Assembly: GCA_013239625.1 (NCBI GenBank)
Contig: MU053629.1
Span: 778,676-832,445 of the forward strand
Source of the DNA: Lama guanicoe
Lineage: Eukaryota
Reading direction: 5' to 3'
DNA length: 53,770 bases
In this document: positions 23,101 through 35,377 of the stretch, in pieces
Position numbering within the stretch: the stretch's first letter is position 1
Layout of the letters: each line of letters starts with the position of its first letter
The notes under the pieces: generated by a model
The model's database searches: none
What the model saw: only the letters and a program-made list of their open reading frames with translations
Told to the model about the DNA's origin: nothing
Program-made: the position numbers and the translations under genes

Positions 23101-23639
23101 GGAGAAGGGGGCACGGCCTTAATTGCAGGGTGTATGGTACTTGTGTGGGCAGAGGGAAGGTGTTTGCCTGGTGCCCCCAGTCCTAAAAGATGATGCCCCA
23201 GAGGCCTTTCAGCCACAGGGCTGCAACCCACCTTCCCCACCGCCCTGACCCCCGGGCTCCTTGACCAGCAAGGATTGACTGTAGGTCTGGAAGGGGCCTA
23301 TTTCTGTCAGGCAGACAGCAGCTCCCCAGGGATCGAGGAAGACATTTCAGAGCTCCCACAAGATTTTAGAGGAGGGCGTTGCCCAAGAATTTTCCCTGAG
23401 GCAGTCTGTAAAATGAAATCTTTGTGGGTCAAATCTTATTTCCTGTTCTCTGATACAAAGGCTTTCTTTCAAGTATAAATACTGCAACTGGGGAAGACAA
23501 AGGTTATTGTCTCTCAATTCTGCCTGCTTCAAGGAAGGCAGATCTGCTTTGCGGGAGCTTCTGAGACCCTTTGTGACAATAGTGACAAGGCAGTACCTCC
23601 ATGATGGGGCCTGCCTGGGCTCTTCACCACCTGTGTGAC

Positions 23640-23950
23640 TGTAGTCCTCACAGAGGCCGCAGGGCACGGACCCCGCGCCCACAGGTGCGGGGGTGGGGGC
23701 TGGGGCAGGGCTGCGGCAGGTGGTGGGATGTCCCGGGCCTTACAGCCATTCCAGCTCCGTCTCCACGTTTTACTCCTCATCTTCTCTCTTCTGAAAATTT
23801 CCGCAATTTCGCAGATAAGGAACTGATGCACAATGTCAATATCCGTATTGGTTTGTTTGGAGCAGAAAACAAATCCGAGTCCCCTTTGCTCCCTTTCCTT
23901 CAAGGTCGGAGGAGAAATGGACTTCTGCTCTGCCTGCCGCACCCTCTCAC
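23640..23950 (-). promoter_or_regulatory. CpG-rich promoter / candidate first exon ending in ATG GCT|gtaagg
   Basis: Plus-strand cttac at ~23739-23743 is a minus-strand donor. Upstream on minus: CCAAT, ATTGCGGAAA (C/EBP-like) and a GATA motif. GC-rich tract on the intron side. Confidence 0.35.
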
Positions 23951-24754
23951 CCCCATCAAGGGGTCTACTGGTCACTCCAGTGGCTCCTCAGAAAAACACA
24001 GTGCTGGGTTACCAGTAAAGTTACAAGAAGCACCTGAGTGAGGTGGAGTTTTGTGGGGATGGGGAGATTCTCTCGCCACTGGAAATCCCAAAGAGGTGGG
24101 GGTGGCTGATGGAGAAGTGTTCAGAACTGGCCACAGGCCCCTGGGGCATCCTGGGTGAGCCCCTCTGAGCTGACTGAGCCAGCGTGGGCCAGATGCTCTA
24201 AGAGATGGAGCTGGAGGAGTGACCTGGAGAGGAAGGGCCGGCAGGCAGGGCACCTGGCTCTGCTCTGGGCCCAAGACCACGTGGGTGCTTAATATGCCCG
24301 GAAGAGCTCATCCTGGGAGCCACTTGCAGCCTGGTGGCGCATGACCCAGCTACCTGTGGGATGCCAATCCTTTCCATCCCTCGGTCTCTCAGCAAGTGAA
24401 ACTGGACAGATAAACCTGAGCTCTGCACTCAGAGAATGAAAGTTCCAGTTGCAGTCCTGTGTCTGTCCCTCACCATACCCTGCTTGGTATGGACACTGCG
24501 GCCCATAAGAGAGTACATTGGTCCTGTGTCCGTCCCTACGGCCCCACACTGTGTGCAGAGAAGTTCCTGGACATGCGGCGTCCACCTGCTTGGTTTCCCC
24601 TTAGCCCAGGTTTCCCGCAGCTCTTGGGTCCTAGTGGCAGACTCAGAGTTTCTCTCATAGAACAGAAAGCAAACCCAGTGGAGGAAGAGGATATCAGCTC
24701 CCGGGTCAGAGGTATGTGTATTGTAAAACCAAGGCTCTGGGGTCAGAGGCAAGC

Positions 24755-25620
24755 CGGGCCAGTTCAGAAGGGCCCTGCCCTTGGTTTAACGCTCTGCCAT
24801 CACTGTCCTAAATTTCTTAATCATTTTCTCTTCTATTGAACTATAATTGGTTTACAATGTTGTGTTAATTTCTGGTGTACAGCTTAGTAATTCAGTTGTA
24901 CACATATATTCCTTTTCATATTCTCTTTTGCTATAGGCCCTTATTTTATCTTTCAACTCGTGTTTTGCGAGCGATGTCCAAAGGACAATGGGGAATGCAC
25001 ATGAGCAGAGATGTGTGCACACAGGAGACCCCAGCATAACGTGTGTCAGCTGCTTCGAGCTGCTTCATGTGCACGTGACATTCCAGGTCCCTGTGAGCAC
25101 AGAATTCCAGGGGGCCCATGATGCATGGGAATGCAGCGAGACCCAGCAAGAGTGCGAGGTAAGAGTGTTATGCCTGTGACACTGAAAACCCCGAGAAACC
25201 ACACTTCCAGTCAAATCAGAACTTGCTTCCAATGCAGAAAGAACTCAGTGGCGTTCTTGAAGCATTAACATCGGAGGAACACAATCACATCGTATCTTCT
25301 GTTACTTCTCCAGATTAGTCAGCCGCTTATGCTGATTTGGTGATTTGGTGATTCCACATCCAAGTTAAATGCTCTTACTTGCATTTAGAACTGGTATTGC
25401 ACAATTTAAAACCAGTAAAATGAATGCTAATAATTTACATTTTTAATTTAATGACATGAAATAACAAAAACACCAAGACTCTAGAGAGAGACACGGAAAG
25501 AAAGGGAAAAGCTTTCTGTTTTAGTTCCTTTAATGGAATGTTTTTCCTGATTTTTGAACAAGGTGTCCCTTATTTTCACCTTGCACAAGGTTTTGCTGTT
25601 CGTATAGTTGCCTCTGCCAG
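24755..25620 (+). mobile_element. MER45B/C-like hAT-Tip100 DNA transposon
   Basis: 5' part tcagaagggccctgcccttggtttaacgctctgcc…aaatttcttaat and 3' part tttttgaacaaggtgtccc…ttttcaccttgcac match the MER45 ends. Confidence 0.7.
24833..24940 (-). mobile_element. Short L1 3' end inserted in MER45
   Basis: tattgaactataattggtttacaatgttgtgttaatttctggtgtacagc; degenerate TSD tcattttctctt/ttattttatctt. Confidence 0.75.
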
Positions 25621-25621
25621 C

Positions 25622-25750
25622 AGTGCTGGGATCAGAATCTTGCTTGACCCTGGGGCAGCCTTGGGTAACTTCACCATTTGGAGTCTCAGTTTCCCCTCTG
25701 TAAAATGGGGGCAATTCTTCACATAGTCATTGAGGATTCAGGTGAGTAAT
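25622..25750 (+). mobile_element. MIR
   Basis: ccttgggtaacttcaccatttggagtctcagtttcccctctgtaaaatgggg. Confidence 0.75.
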
Positions 25751-26269
25751 AGGGCAGCTAAACCGTGTTGACCCCTTACAACGAACAAGACACTGTACTT
25801 AGTGCTTTATTGTTGGATCTCATTTCTTCCTCACGATAACCCTACTGGTGGATGTCATTGGCCACTACATTGGATTTCTCTGCTGTTACTGGTCCCAGCA
25901 GCCATTCACTCTTCCTTCTGGTGCTGCGCCCGGTCTGTCCTGAGAACAATCTCTCTCCTGCTGTGTGCAGTTTGGTGGGGTTGTCTCGTAGCGTCTCTTA
26001 GCCAAAGGGTGGCCTTGTGACCCTGAAAAACCAGTCGGACTCTGTCTGCCAAAATTTGGATTCTTGGGAGAGCCTGATTTCATCCCCATGGCCTGGGTTT
26101 GTGTCTGGCTTCCGGGATCCCGGGAGTGACTCTGGGGCCTGATGTGTCTGAGCCCTGCTTTCGGCCACAGAGCCCCTCCTGTGTGAGCCACCTACTCCCT
26201 GCCCTGCAGTGCCCCTTTGTTAAGTGAACCAGAGTCCATTTCAATGGCCACAAGTCCCCAACTGCTCCT

Positions 26270-26375
26270 CCTCAGTTTTCAGAAGAGGAAACCGGGCCCA
26301 GAGAGGGAAAGTCATTGGCTCAATGCCCCACAGCACGTGAATAGTAGAGCCAGCATGTGAAGCCAGGAGATCTCA
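26270..26375 (-). mobile_element. MIR fragment
   Basis: gttttcagaagaggaaaccgggcccagagagggaaagtcattggctcaa. Confidence 0.65.
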
Positions 26376-27257
26376 GGGGGCGTAACCCTTAGCCTCTTCT
26401 GCCCTGAGTGTGAGGCGCCTGACGTGAAGTCACTCAGTAAGTGTCAGCCCCCTTCGTTTTGATTTCTGCCCGCTGCTGATCACCTCTCAGCAGGCTCTAC
26501 CTCTGGCCCCCTCAGATCACAGATCCTCACCTGTGGGCTCCTCACGGGAGAGGCAGAAAGGACGGGAGGCTCCAGGCCTGCACTCGGGGAAGCTGACCAG
26601 CCTCCCACGCTGCAGGCCTTGGCTGAACTGTCTCAGAGTTAAGTGCGAGGGGCTCAGCCCTCTGTGTGGGACACCAGGAGCCCTGGAGGGAGCAGAGCCC
26701 CCAGGCTACCCAATCCCAGGCTGGCCCTCTGGCCCCTTGGGCTCTAGGGGGAGGTCAGGCCCTGTGTGTCTTAGGAGAGCCAGTCCTACGATCACGCTGG
26801 ATGAAGAAAGGTGCCGTCACCGTCCTCCAGGCCTGCCTGGCTGGAAGCGAATACCCCGTTGCATGTCAGCCAGGCTAGACTGACTGTTGGCCTGACTGGC
26901 TTCGCCTCAGAGGAAGGCTGATGGTTTGTTTATAACACGGAGCAAAACCTGCCTGTCTGCCCTCCCCACCGCCCCACGCGTTTCCTCTGTCTCCCTCGCT
27001 CTCCCTGTTTTCATAGTCGCAAGTGCGGGGCAGCAGTCTGGGCCAGAGACACTGTTTTGTAGGTTCCATTTTCTCCCCGAAGGAAAACTAATGAATGGTT
27101 GGGGAAAAGTGAGCCTAAATGTGATATTAACATACAGATGGTGAGATGGTCCTGATATGATGTCATTTTTGTTATTGTTAAATGTTGCCCATGTGTGTTT
27201 ATTCAAGGAATCCTTGCTACTTTCTTTATTTGGTTCTCATCAAAATCCCCTGGCTGG

Positions 27258-27349
27258 CGGGGGAAGGGGAGGGTATAGCTCAATGGCAGAGTGCATGCTT
27301 AGCATGCATCAGGTCCTGGGTTCAATCCCCAGTGTCTCCATTAAGGAAA
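27258..27349 (+). mobile_element. tRNA-derived camelid SINE (Vic-1-like)
   Basis: ggggagggtatagctcaatggcagagtgcatgcttagcatgcatcaggtcctgggttcaatccccagtgtctcc + A tail; degenerate TSD. Confidence 0.9.
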
Positions 27350-29957
27350 AAAATCCCACAGCCAGTAGAACTAATGACAGTCTCCTTGGGGGATGAGGCC
27401 ACTGAGGTACAGAGAGCGGGGGCTGCTGGAAGGCAGCAGGATCTAAGGGAAACCCAGCTCTCCGCTGCACCGCCTGGGCCCCACCTCAGGTGAAGCGTCT
27501 GGCCAGGCCCCACCCTGTGTGTCTCCACAAGGACCCATGGGCTTCTTAATTCCCACGTGCCTGCTGCTGCAGACGAGAGAGGCGTTCCATCTCCCAGCTG
27601 TGGATGAGACCCTTCTGTTGGGGAACTGAACCCTCACAGACACTCTTTTTGGGGCAACTCGAAAGCAGTCATTGCACATGGAAAGCAAACACCAGGAACG
27701 GATTAAGATCTAAATCGTGACCTAATTCTTTGCCAGATGTCAGACAGCAGTGCAAACCAGGCAGTGTCTGTGAAATAAAGCTCAAGCAACTGTTCCCGGT
27801 CAGAAGAACGTGGCAGAGTCAACATGCTTGTCTGGGACTCAAGGCCCCTGGTGTCCTTGGGAGGAATCCTCTGATGAAGAGGCGCTGAGCGTGGAGGATG
27901 AGCTCCGGGAGGGCAGGCCCCTTGGACATGTAAAGAGCAGGGCCCGGCATGCAGGGGTGCCCAGTGAATGTTTGCGGGGTGAATGTGTGATCAACTTCCA
28001 CTATTTCTCAGCAAGGTTAAGACGCTCTCCAGGTGGTTGTGAAGGGATCCGCCCAGGGGGTTCCTCCTCCAGTGGCTCTCTGGGGATTCTCAGGTGAGCA
28101 TTTTCAGCTGGACCCGACTCTCTACCCTGAGTCTGAGGCTCAGTGTTGGTGAAGGTAATACGATTCACAAAACCAATAACCAGCAGGGCGGGGACTCAAA
28201 CCCAGGTGTAACTGGTTCCCACTGAGGTCGCCCACAATGCTCTGAGGCCCTTCACGGTTTACGTGAAGAGCACCGAACCCTCTATTTTATCCGCAAGGCT
28301 GTGTGTCCTGCTGACTGTGTGATCTGAGACGGCCTCTGTGCCCCGCCCCAGCTAGCAGCACAGGAGCAGTCACCACAGGGCCGCAGTTCTGGAAGGGAGT
28401 AAAGACAGGTGTGTGTAGGTGTGTGGTTTTATGTGTGGTCTGGAATCCCCAGGCAGATGGAAGCAAAATGTCCGTCAGTTCGTTAACTCACGGATATGCA
28501 GCCCACAAGTGCATGTGGAGGACTTACGATTCAGTAAATTTGAAAACAGAAATCCTATAATATCCATCTTTATCTTCTCAGTGGCTAATACAATTCCTGG
28601 CACATAATAGGTTCTTAATATACATTAGTTGGATGAGTTTATTGAACTTTTCACAGGAATCATGTGGACTGGTATTAGGGCTCATAAGGAAAAATAGTCC
28701 AACACGGTACAGCAAAATAATAATCTTATTGCACTTTTAGCTTTCACAGTACCCTGGTGGGTAGTTTGTCTTATATATCTTGACCCTATGGGTATCGATC
28801 CCATGTTAACAAATCAAAAAAAAAAAAAAGCTAAAGCAGACAAGTTGTGGGATCTGGCCAAGGACCACGGAGCTTTTAATAGTAGAGGTAGAACCAAAAC
28901 CCTGGCATTCTCAACACCCACACGTGGCCCCCAACCCCCCCCTCCCTTTGCACTTGGACGGGCAGACCTCTGAACCCAACAACAGGAAAGCTTCAAACAG
29001 ACCAAAAAGAGGTCTCCTTTCGCATCCTCACAGCGGACACCACACCTCTACCCCCAGCTCACCTCTCTTGAGACACATGGGAGCTACTTTGAAAATAAAG
29101 CACCAGCAAGACAGACGTCCCATTGAGAAGGATTAGACCCCAGGGGCGTTTCTTTTATCTTTTTAAATCAAGAAGCAGTTTGTTGTATAAGCGAAGACTA
29201 TTCTGCTGTGCTGGGAGGCCCTGCTTCTCAAAGGCGGTCCTAGCAGAAGGTGGCTTGCAGACCTGGGAGGTGGAGGTGGTGGGGAGGGAACCTGCAGCTG
29301 CTAATCTGCTGTCCTGCGAGAATGTGGACTGGCAGCTCCAGAGGGTGGGGTGAGCACCGCTCAGCTTATTCCACAATGGCTAATGTCACTGGGACAACCC
29401 TGATTGCTCTACCTCCTGGAATGGGCTGGCCCCCACCACTCCAGATATGCGCGAGCCACGGCATTCAGTGTTAAATGTCTTTCTAAAATAAGCTCACTCA
29501 GGTTTTATGTGCCAAGCAGGCTGGCCTGAGCAGGCTGGCCCAGCCATCCTCCCAGCACGGAGGTGCAGAGGCTTCCTATTGATGGCGTGAAACCCTCTCA
29601 CAGTCAGGCCCCTGTCCATCACACCTCCCCAGGGGAGGAGAGGTTCCTGGCTGGGGTGCTTCTGACGGAGGAGACTGTCCCAGCTTACTCCCCCCTTCCC
29701 CTTTTCCTGCCTTGCTGAGCATCATAGAAAGCATGGGTTTCAATCATTTACAAGGATTGTAAAATGACCTCATTTTCCTGTAAGTCTGCCAAGTCTTATG
29801 TGTGTCAAAGAATTATGGGGCTAAGAATTATTCTAGTAATGATGATACACTGTCAAAAAGTGGGAATTTTTTCCAAAGATAGAGAAGAAGGAGATGTGGA
29901 AGGAAGGTCTAGGGGAGGTATTGATAGAATTGGTGCTGATGTTTGTCTCCCCGTGTT

Positions 29958-29987
29958 ACACACACACACACACACATACACACACAC
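29958..29987. repeat. (CA)n microsatellite
   Basis: Direct observation. Confidence 0.95.
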
Positions 29988-30969
29988 GGAGCCGGAAACC
30001 GTGGCCCTCTCTCTTTTGTTCCTAGATCACTTTATGCATATTTCAGTCACAGCACTTATCCAAGGGCTAGTGCAAGGCCCAGCCTCAGTACACACCATCT
30101 ACAGGCCCAGCAGTCTAGGGACTGGAACCCGGGTTGTGCAGTGGACAGCCTGCACAGCTGCACCTAGTGGCCTCAGTCTCATCTGATTGGTACCATCACC
30201 AGTTATCCTACCCTGAGCCAGCCCCCTACACCCCTGCCTTGCCCAACTGTGCCGCTGTGTGCAGGGGCCGTACCATACGGCTTGTTCATTTTAGAGGTCA
30301 GATAGCACCCCTGCACAGCAGATGCTCCCCAAGCCTGCCTCTCTGTCTGCTGTAACCAAGGCTCTTGCCTGCATGTCGCCTGAGCTTTGCTCTGATAATC
30401 CAGGGTCTGATTTAGCAAAGTCTGCAGCCGAAGGGTGGGTGCTGCCTGAGAGAAGGCCAGGTGCTACCAACTTGAGCCAGAAGTGTTTCTCCCCAGCACA
30501 CAAATCCTGATTTCCTGTCTCCTCCACCGCCTATATGTCCAGCTTTTCTCCACAAGTAACGTGTAGATGCTTAAGTCCAGTGGAGGAAAACGGATGGTGA
30601 GATGTAAGAACCCTCTGGGAGGCCAGGAGCATAATCTAGAGGCCGCAGGATTGCTCTGGGGGAAGACTCACAGTACAAGTAAGTCGAGGCCGTGTGGAAA
30701 GAAGAAATCTGTACACATGATTTTACTTATTTTTAAAGGCAATATTGACCTTAATATTCAGTACTGAAATAAATGTGTGTTTTATTCAGTGCTAAATTGC
30801 GTGATTCAAAGAAATCACGAAGATTCTCTCAGGAGCAGAGGGCTGGACTCAAGATGGAAGGTTTTATTTACAGTTTGTGCTTGAAGTAGGCAATCATATT
30901 TAAAGAATCTCCCTTTTGGACTAGGCCCTAGATTAGACACTTTGAATATATTTTCTTGTCCTCCTTGTA

Positions 30970-31125
30970 ACCTTATAGGATAGAAAATTATTATCCCCAT
31001 TTTATGGATGAGGCAACCTGAGGCTCAGAATGATTCAGAATCTCGCCCAAGAGAGCAGAGCCAGTAGGCAAGGGAGCAAGATATCAACCCCGGGTCCCCT
31101 GGCTCGACAGCCCAAGGTCCTTCTG
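30970..31125 (-). mobile_element. MIR
   Basis: attattatccccattttatggatgaggcaacctgaggctcagaatgattcagaatctcgcccaag. Confidence 0.75.
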
Positions 31126-32298
31126 TCTGTAGTTCCCAAGCCACACCCCTCCCTGGCACACCTGAGGAGCAGGACCCAGGCCCATGGGGGACCGCCAACC
31201 TCCTCTGCACTGAGACTGTGTGTGGGGATGATGACCAGTGGCTCAGAGTAGGGGACAAAGGACCAGTGCATCTCCCTGGGGAGACCCCCCCGCCCCAGAG
31301 GAGCTCAGCACCAACCTGCCTCTTCAGGCTAATGCATAGGGAACAGCCCATCAGCCTGAAGGGAGAGGGAGGCGGGATTCTCCATGGAGAGGGAAAGAAC
31401 TGGGTAATGGAGGTCAAGAGGCGGGAACACTGCTCCCAAGCCCGCCATGGGAGGACCCACAGCAAGGAGTCGGTCAGCAGGTCAGAGTCCCACCCTACCG
31501 GGGACCTGGCCCCTCCCTTCCCTCAGCCTGGGCTCCTACTGCCCAGGGGCCCAAACGTGCTCCCTCCTGTCCAGAGTCTGCCCCTGGCCCTGCTCCTTCT
31601 CCTCCAAGAGACAAAGGGAGCAGGCAGGGCCCCGGCCACCACAAGAGCTTCCCTTGTGCCTCTCGTTTCCATGGCTCTGAGATGTTCAGTTTCCCACCCT
31701 CTTTTCCTACTGCAGCCTCCCGTCCCCTGCCCTTTCAAGACACTGATCACCAAAGCCAGGCCCTTCAGTTGCCTGAGGTGATCTGTTCATTTTATTCCTC
31801 TCACCATCATGGTCTTTATAGTAGTAGTGTTATTTCTAAGACCCTCAGGACAATCAGGAAAACAGGTTTCGTCATTCTTTAGACGCCTAGCGTCTTCAGG
31901 TTGAAGGACTCCTTGGAGGTTGGTCATCCAGACACTTCATCTCCCAATGGAGGGAACAGAGCCCAGAAAGGTGGGTGGCTTTCCAAGGGCGGTGCGTTCC
32001 TAACAGTTCGGGACCTGTGATGGGAAATCGTCAGGGCTCATTTCTATGAAATAAGACAATTTCCATAAATTACTCTGCAGTTTTATTCCTGTCCCTGACT
32101 TCTGTGTGGGCCCAGCCATCAGGGGCAGCTGAAAGCGTTCACCTTTGGCGTTGAACAGAGCTCGGTTTGGTTCCCACCACCTCCAGCTCTTTATCTTTAT
32201 CAACTATCGGGGTCCCCACCACTAACATTTGCGGGAGCCAGGCAAGAGCTCACATGCAGGCCGCCATGCTGTATGTCTCAGTATTGAAGAGTTTAAAA

Positions 32299-32351
32299 TA
32301 TGTGTGTGTGTGTGTGTACATACATACACACACACATACATACATGCATAC
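32299..32351. repeat. Adjacent (TG)n and (CA/TACA)n microsatellites
   Basis: tatgtgtgtgtgtgtgtgtacatacatacacacacacatacatacatgcatac. Confidence 0.9.
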
Positions 32352-32824
32352 TGGAAGGCCAGCTTTGGGGAAGAATTCCCAGACTCCTTTGGGCTTCTGC
32401 TCTGATACTATGAGAAGACCCGGTCTCCAGCCTCCTCCCCTGTCTGCCTGTCCCATCCTTCTCTTCCCACTCTCACCCCACCTGTCTTGGATCATGGGAG
32501 CAGTCACATGCATGTGTGCAGACAACTGGCCCACGTACCCCTGCTGACAGCACCCCCTTGGTCACCCCTGATGCCTGGGGGTACACACATCAACGTCCTA
32601 GCACCCCTTCAGGAGTATAAACCCCGGGAAGAGGGCGATGTGGGCCTTGAAAGAAGGCTTGGGGCCTCTGGGCAGGGAATTCCAGGGTTCCAGGTACCTC
32701 GTCGTGGGCACTGAGGCTCTGGGTAGGCACAGCCCCTGCCCCTGGGGCTCTTCTCAGAGAGTGGTGTGGCCAGAAGAGGGCCAGAGCAAGCCGTCCATAG
32801 CCCACTTGCCCAGAGGGAAGGGAA

Positions 32825-32955
32825 CTGGCCGTGTGATTTCAGGCAAGCCTTGATTTTCTTGCCCATAAAAAGAGGAATAATATTACCTACCTCGTAGAGT
32901 TCAAATGAGATACGTTATATAAAAACCTGGCAGAGTAGGTCCTCAGTAAACATTC
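32825..32955 (+). mobile_element. MIR fragment
   Basis: cccataaaaagaggaataatattacctacctcgtagag…cctggcagagtaggtcctcagtaaa. Confidence 0.6.
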
Positions 32956-33777
32956 ATTTTCTTCTCTGCCTCTGACCTCCCTAGCCCTTCCCTAGCCGTG
33001 TCTTCCTTTCTCTCCACCACCCCTTCCACCCCACATCCCCATCCTCCTCCCATTTCCTTTCTCTCTCAAGCCCACGTGGGACTAGGCTGGGCAGACCTGC
33101 CTACAGTGGCCTTGAGAAGGGGTTGCTTCTCTCATCCTTGGCTGCAGGAGAGCTGTGATATTCCTCTTTGAGTTCTTTCTCCAGTTAGAAAGTCTTGGGT
33201 TTTTCTGGTTTTAAGGCAGGGGAGACACTGTGGTTTACGGAGTGGGTGAGAACTGTCACATTAGCATCTGGCTTGCTAATGAGAAGTTTGAAAAAGCCCT
33301 TTGGGTTCCAACCAGAAACTCTTGGCTTTTCCTTGGCAGAAATTTGATTTCCTGTGAGATGTCAAAACACGCTGTGAACATCACTCACAGAGGTTTATTT
33401 TTCATTCTACCTGGTTTCGAAATGGATGAAAGACACTTCCTTTCTCGCTCCCCTCAGCAGAAATGCACACGTCTGTGTAACTTGCCCTCAGTCTGCTCCG
33501 GCCGGAGGGTCTATCAAGGGACTCAAGACGCTGTCAAGCTCCGATCTCTTTTCAGAGCTCTTCTTTTCTCTAAAATCCCTTTCAGGAGAAACCTCACCAC
33601 CTCATCTGTTTCTTAGGACTTCAGCCTGTCTCTGTGAACATTGTTGTTACATTGACAGAACCTGATCCTTGATTCGTAGAAACTGGAGCCTGTGCCAGTG
33701 GTCAGACCCTCCATCAGCCTCCCCTCCACATTCCCTTGAGTCCTCAAGGTCGGGGTCTCTCAGAGAGATGCACTTAC

Positions 33778-33858
33778 CTTTGGTGCTAAGGACACTTTTC
33801 AAATCTTGCTTCTCCCTCTGCGCCCAGTTTCTGAGGAATCAAGTTTAACCTCCAGCCC
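33778..33858 (-). other. Candidate 81-nt non-coding exon
   Basis: Minus strand: acceptor gtgtttcag|GGG (weak pyrimidine tract) and consensus donor AAG|GTAAGT. Stops in all three frames. Confidence 0.3.
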
Positions 33859-34109
33859 CTGAAACACGTCTGTTCTTCAGTGTTACATTGTTTAGGACCA
33901 GGCAAGAGAGCAGGATTTCTCTGGAAAGAGAAAAATGAATAAAACACTTAAGTTTCTTTCCTTATACGAAATGTTTTATATGAGTTTGGTCAATGCATGT
34001 TTTCCTCCAACTTTTACCCAATTCTATATTCATCTTGTTTTCCCATCTCTAAGTGCACTTGCCTTTGAGCTATAGGTGGCAAAAGCAATTCATGATCTTC
34101 CTATCTCGA

Positions 34110-34215
34110 CTCCATTCATTCGGTAAATATACGTCGAGCACCTGCTCAGTGTGGGGCATGGTGTTCGGTACTGTGAAGGGGGCAGAGATTTACGGGCCAT
34201 GATCTCTGGTCTCAA
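34110..34215 (-). mobile_element. L2 3' end
   Basis: cattcattcggtaaatatacgtcgagcacctgctcagtgtggggcatggtgttcggtactg. Confidence 0.6.
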
Positions 34216-34559
34216 GTTTTTAAATTCATCTTCGCTTAGTTATTCTTTCTGATGTTTTCTGTCTTTCGCATGTGTGTCTGAGTCAGTGACTGTTTCCTAG
34301 AAGCAGAACCATGTCCATGTAGTTCTTTGTACATTTCAATAAGAAAGTATTTATATAACAGATATTGTGTAACTGCCCCACATTCCCAGCACAAAGGAGA
34401 TACAGGAAGTTCAAGCCATGGGCTGCTCTCCACTGATCCAGCTAAGAAGAGAAGACAATTATTTGATAATACGAGACAGATGCCCAGATGTAAACAAATG
34501 CAATATTTTATAGTCAGGTGATTTGTAAACTTTGATAGCCAACATTTAAAGCTGACAAT

Positions 34560-35030
34560 GACATTATTTACTAAAACTTAACACATAACGTACCCGAGGA
34601 CTCAGCAGTTCCAGTCCTAAGTGTGTATCCCACAGAATTGTGTGTGACTATTCATCAAAGGCACCTAGAAGAATTTTCATGACAGCGTTCTTTGTAACTA
34701 GCTTTGGGAACTACTCAAATGCTCTCAGTATTGGGTGTGCAAAAATACAGATCAACCTCACAAAAATAGTGTTCAGCTAAAGCAAACAGAAGCAAAAATT
34801 TATTTTTCCATTTCTAGAAAGGACGAAAGCAGACAAAAGTGTTCAATGCACTTAGATGTCAGGAGAGTGGCTAGTTTGTGGGGATAGTGACTGGAAAGGG
34901 GCAGGAGGGGATTTCAGGGGCTGGAATACTCTGCTTCTTGGTGTGTGTGCTAGTCTGTTGGTGTGTTCAGTTTCTGATCCTTTATTTGTTCACTTTTCTG
35001 CCCACATATTGTACTTCATTAAAAAGTTTC
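34560..35030 (+). mobile_element. Old L1 (L1MC/ME-type) 3' fragment
   Basis: cagcagttccagtcctaagtgtgtatccc…gatgtcaggagagtggcta…gtgactggaaaggggcaggagggg…tgtacttcattaaaaagttt. Confidence 0.65.
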
Positions 35031-35092
35031 AAAGATCCATCAATTTAAAAATAGCTAGAACTCTGAACCACAAGGCAAGAAGCCTGAGTCTT

Positions 35093-35377
35093 TTTCTTTC
35101 TTTTTTTTTTATTGAAGTATAGTCAGTTACAGTGTGTCAATTTCATTATGACGTGCGGCGTAATATTTCAGTCATACGTATACATACATATATTTGTTTT
35201 CATATTCTTTTTCATTATAGGTTACTACAAGATACTGAATATATAGAAAAAATTTGGTTTTTAAAATCTATTTTATATATAGTAGTTAATATTTGCAAAT
35301 CTCAAACTCCCAATTTATCCCTTCCCATCCCCTTGCCTTGGTAACTGTAAGTTTGTTTACTCTGTCTGTAAGTCTAT
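35093..35377 (-). mobile_element. Camelid L1 3' end (5'-truncated)
   Basis: Poly-T then attgaagtatagtcagttaca…; 16-bp TSD aagaa(g/a)cctgagtctt at 35077-35092 and 35378-35393. Confidence 0.9.

Noticed and set aside
27268..27340. tRNA gene
   Set aside because: A/B boxes are present, but the A-tail, TSD and two other dispersed copies show it is a tRNA-derived SINE
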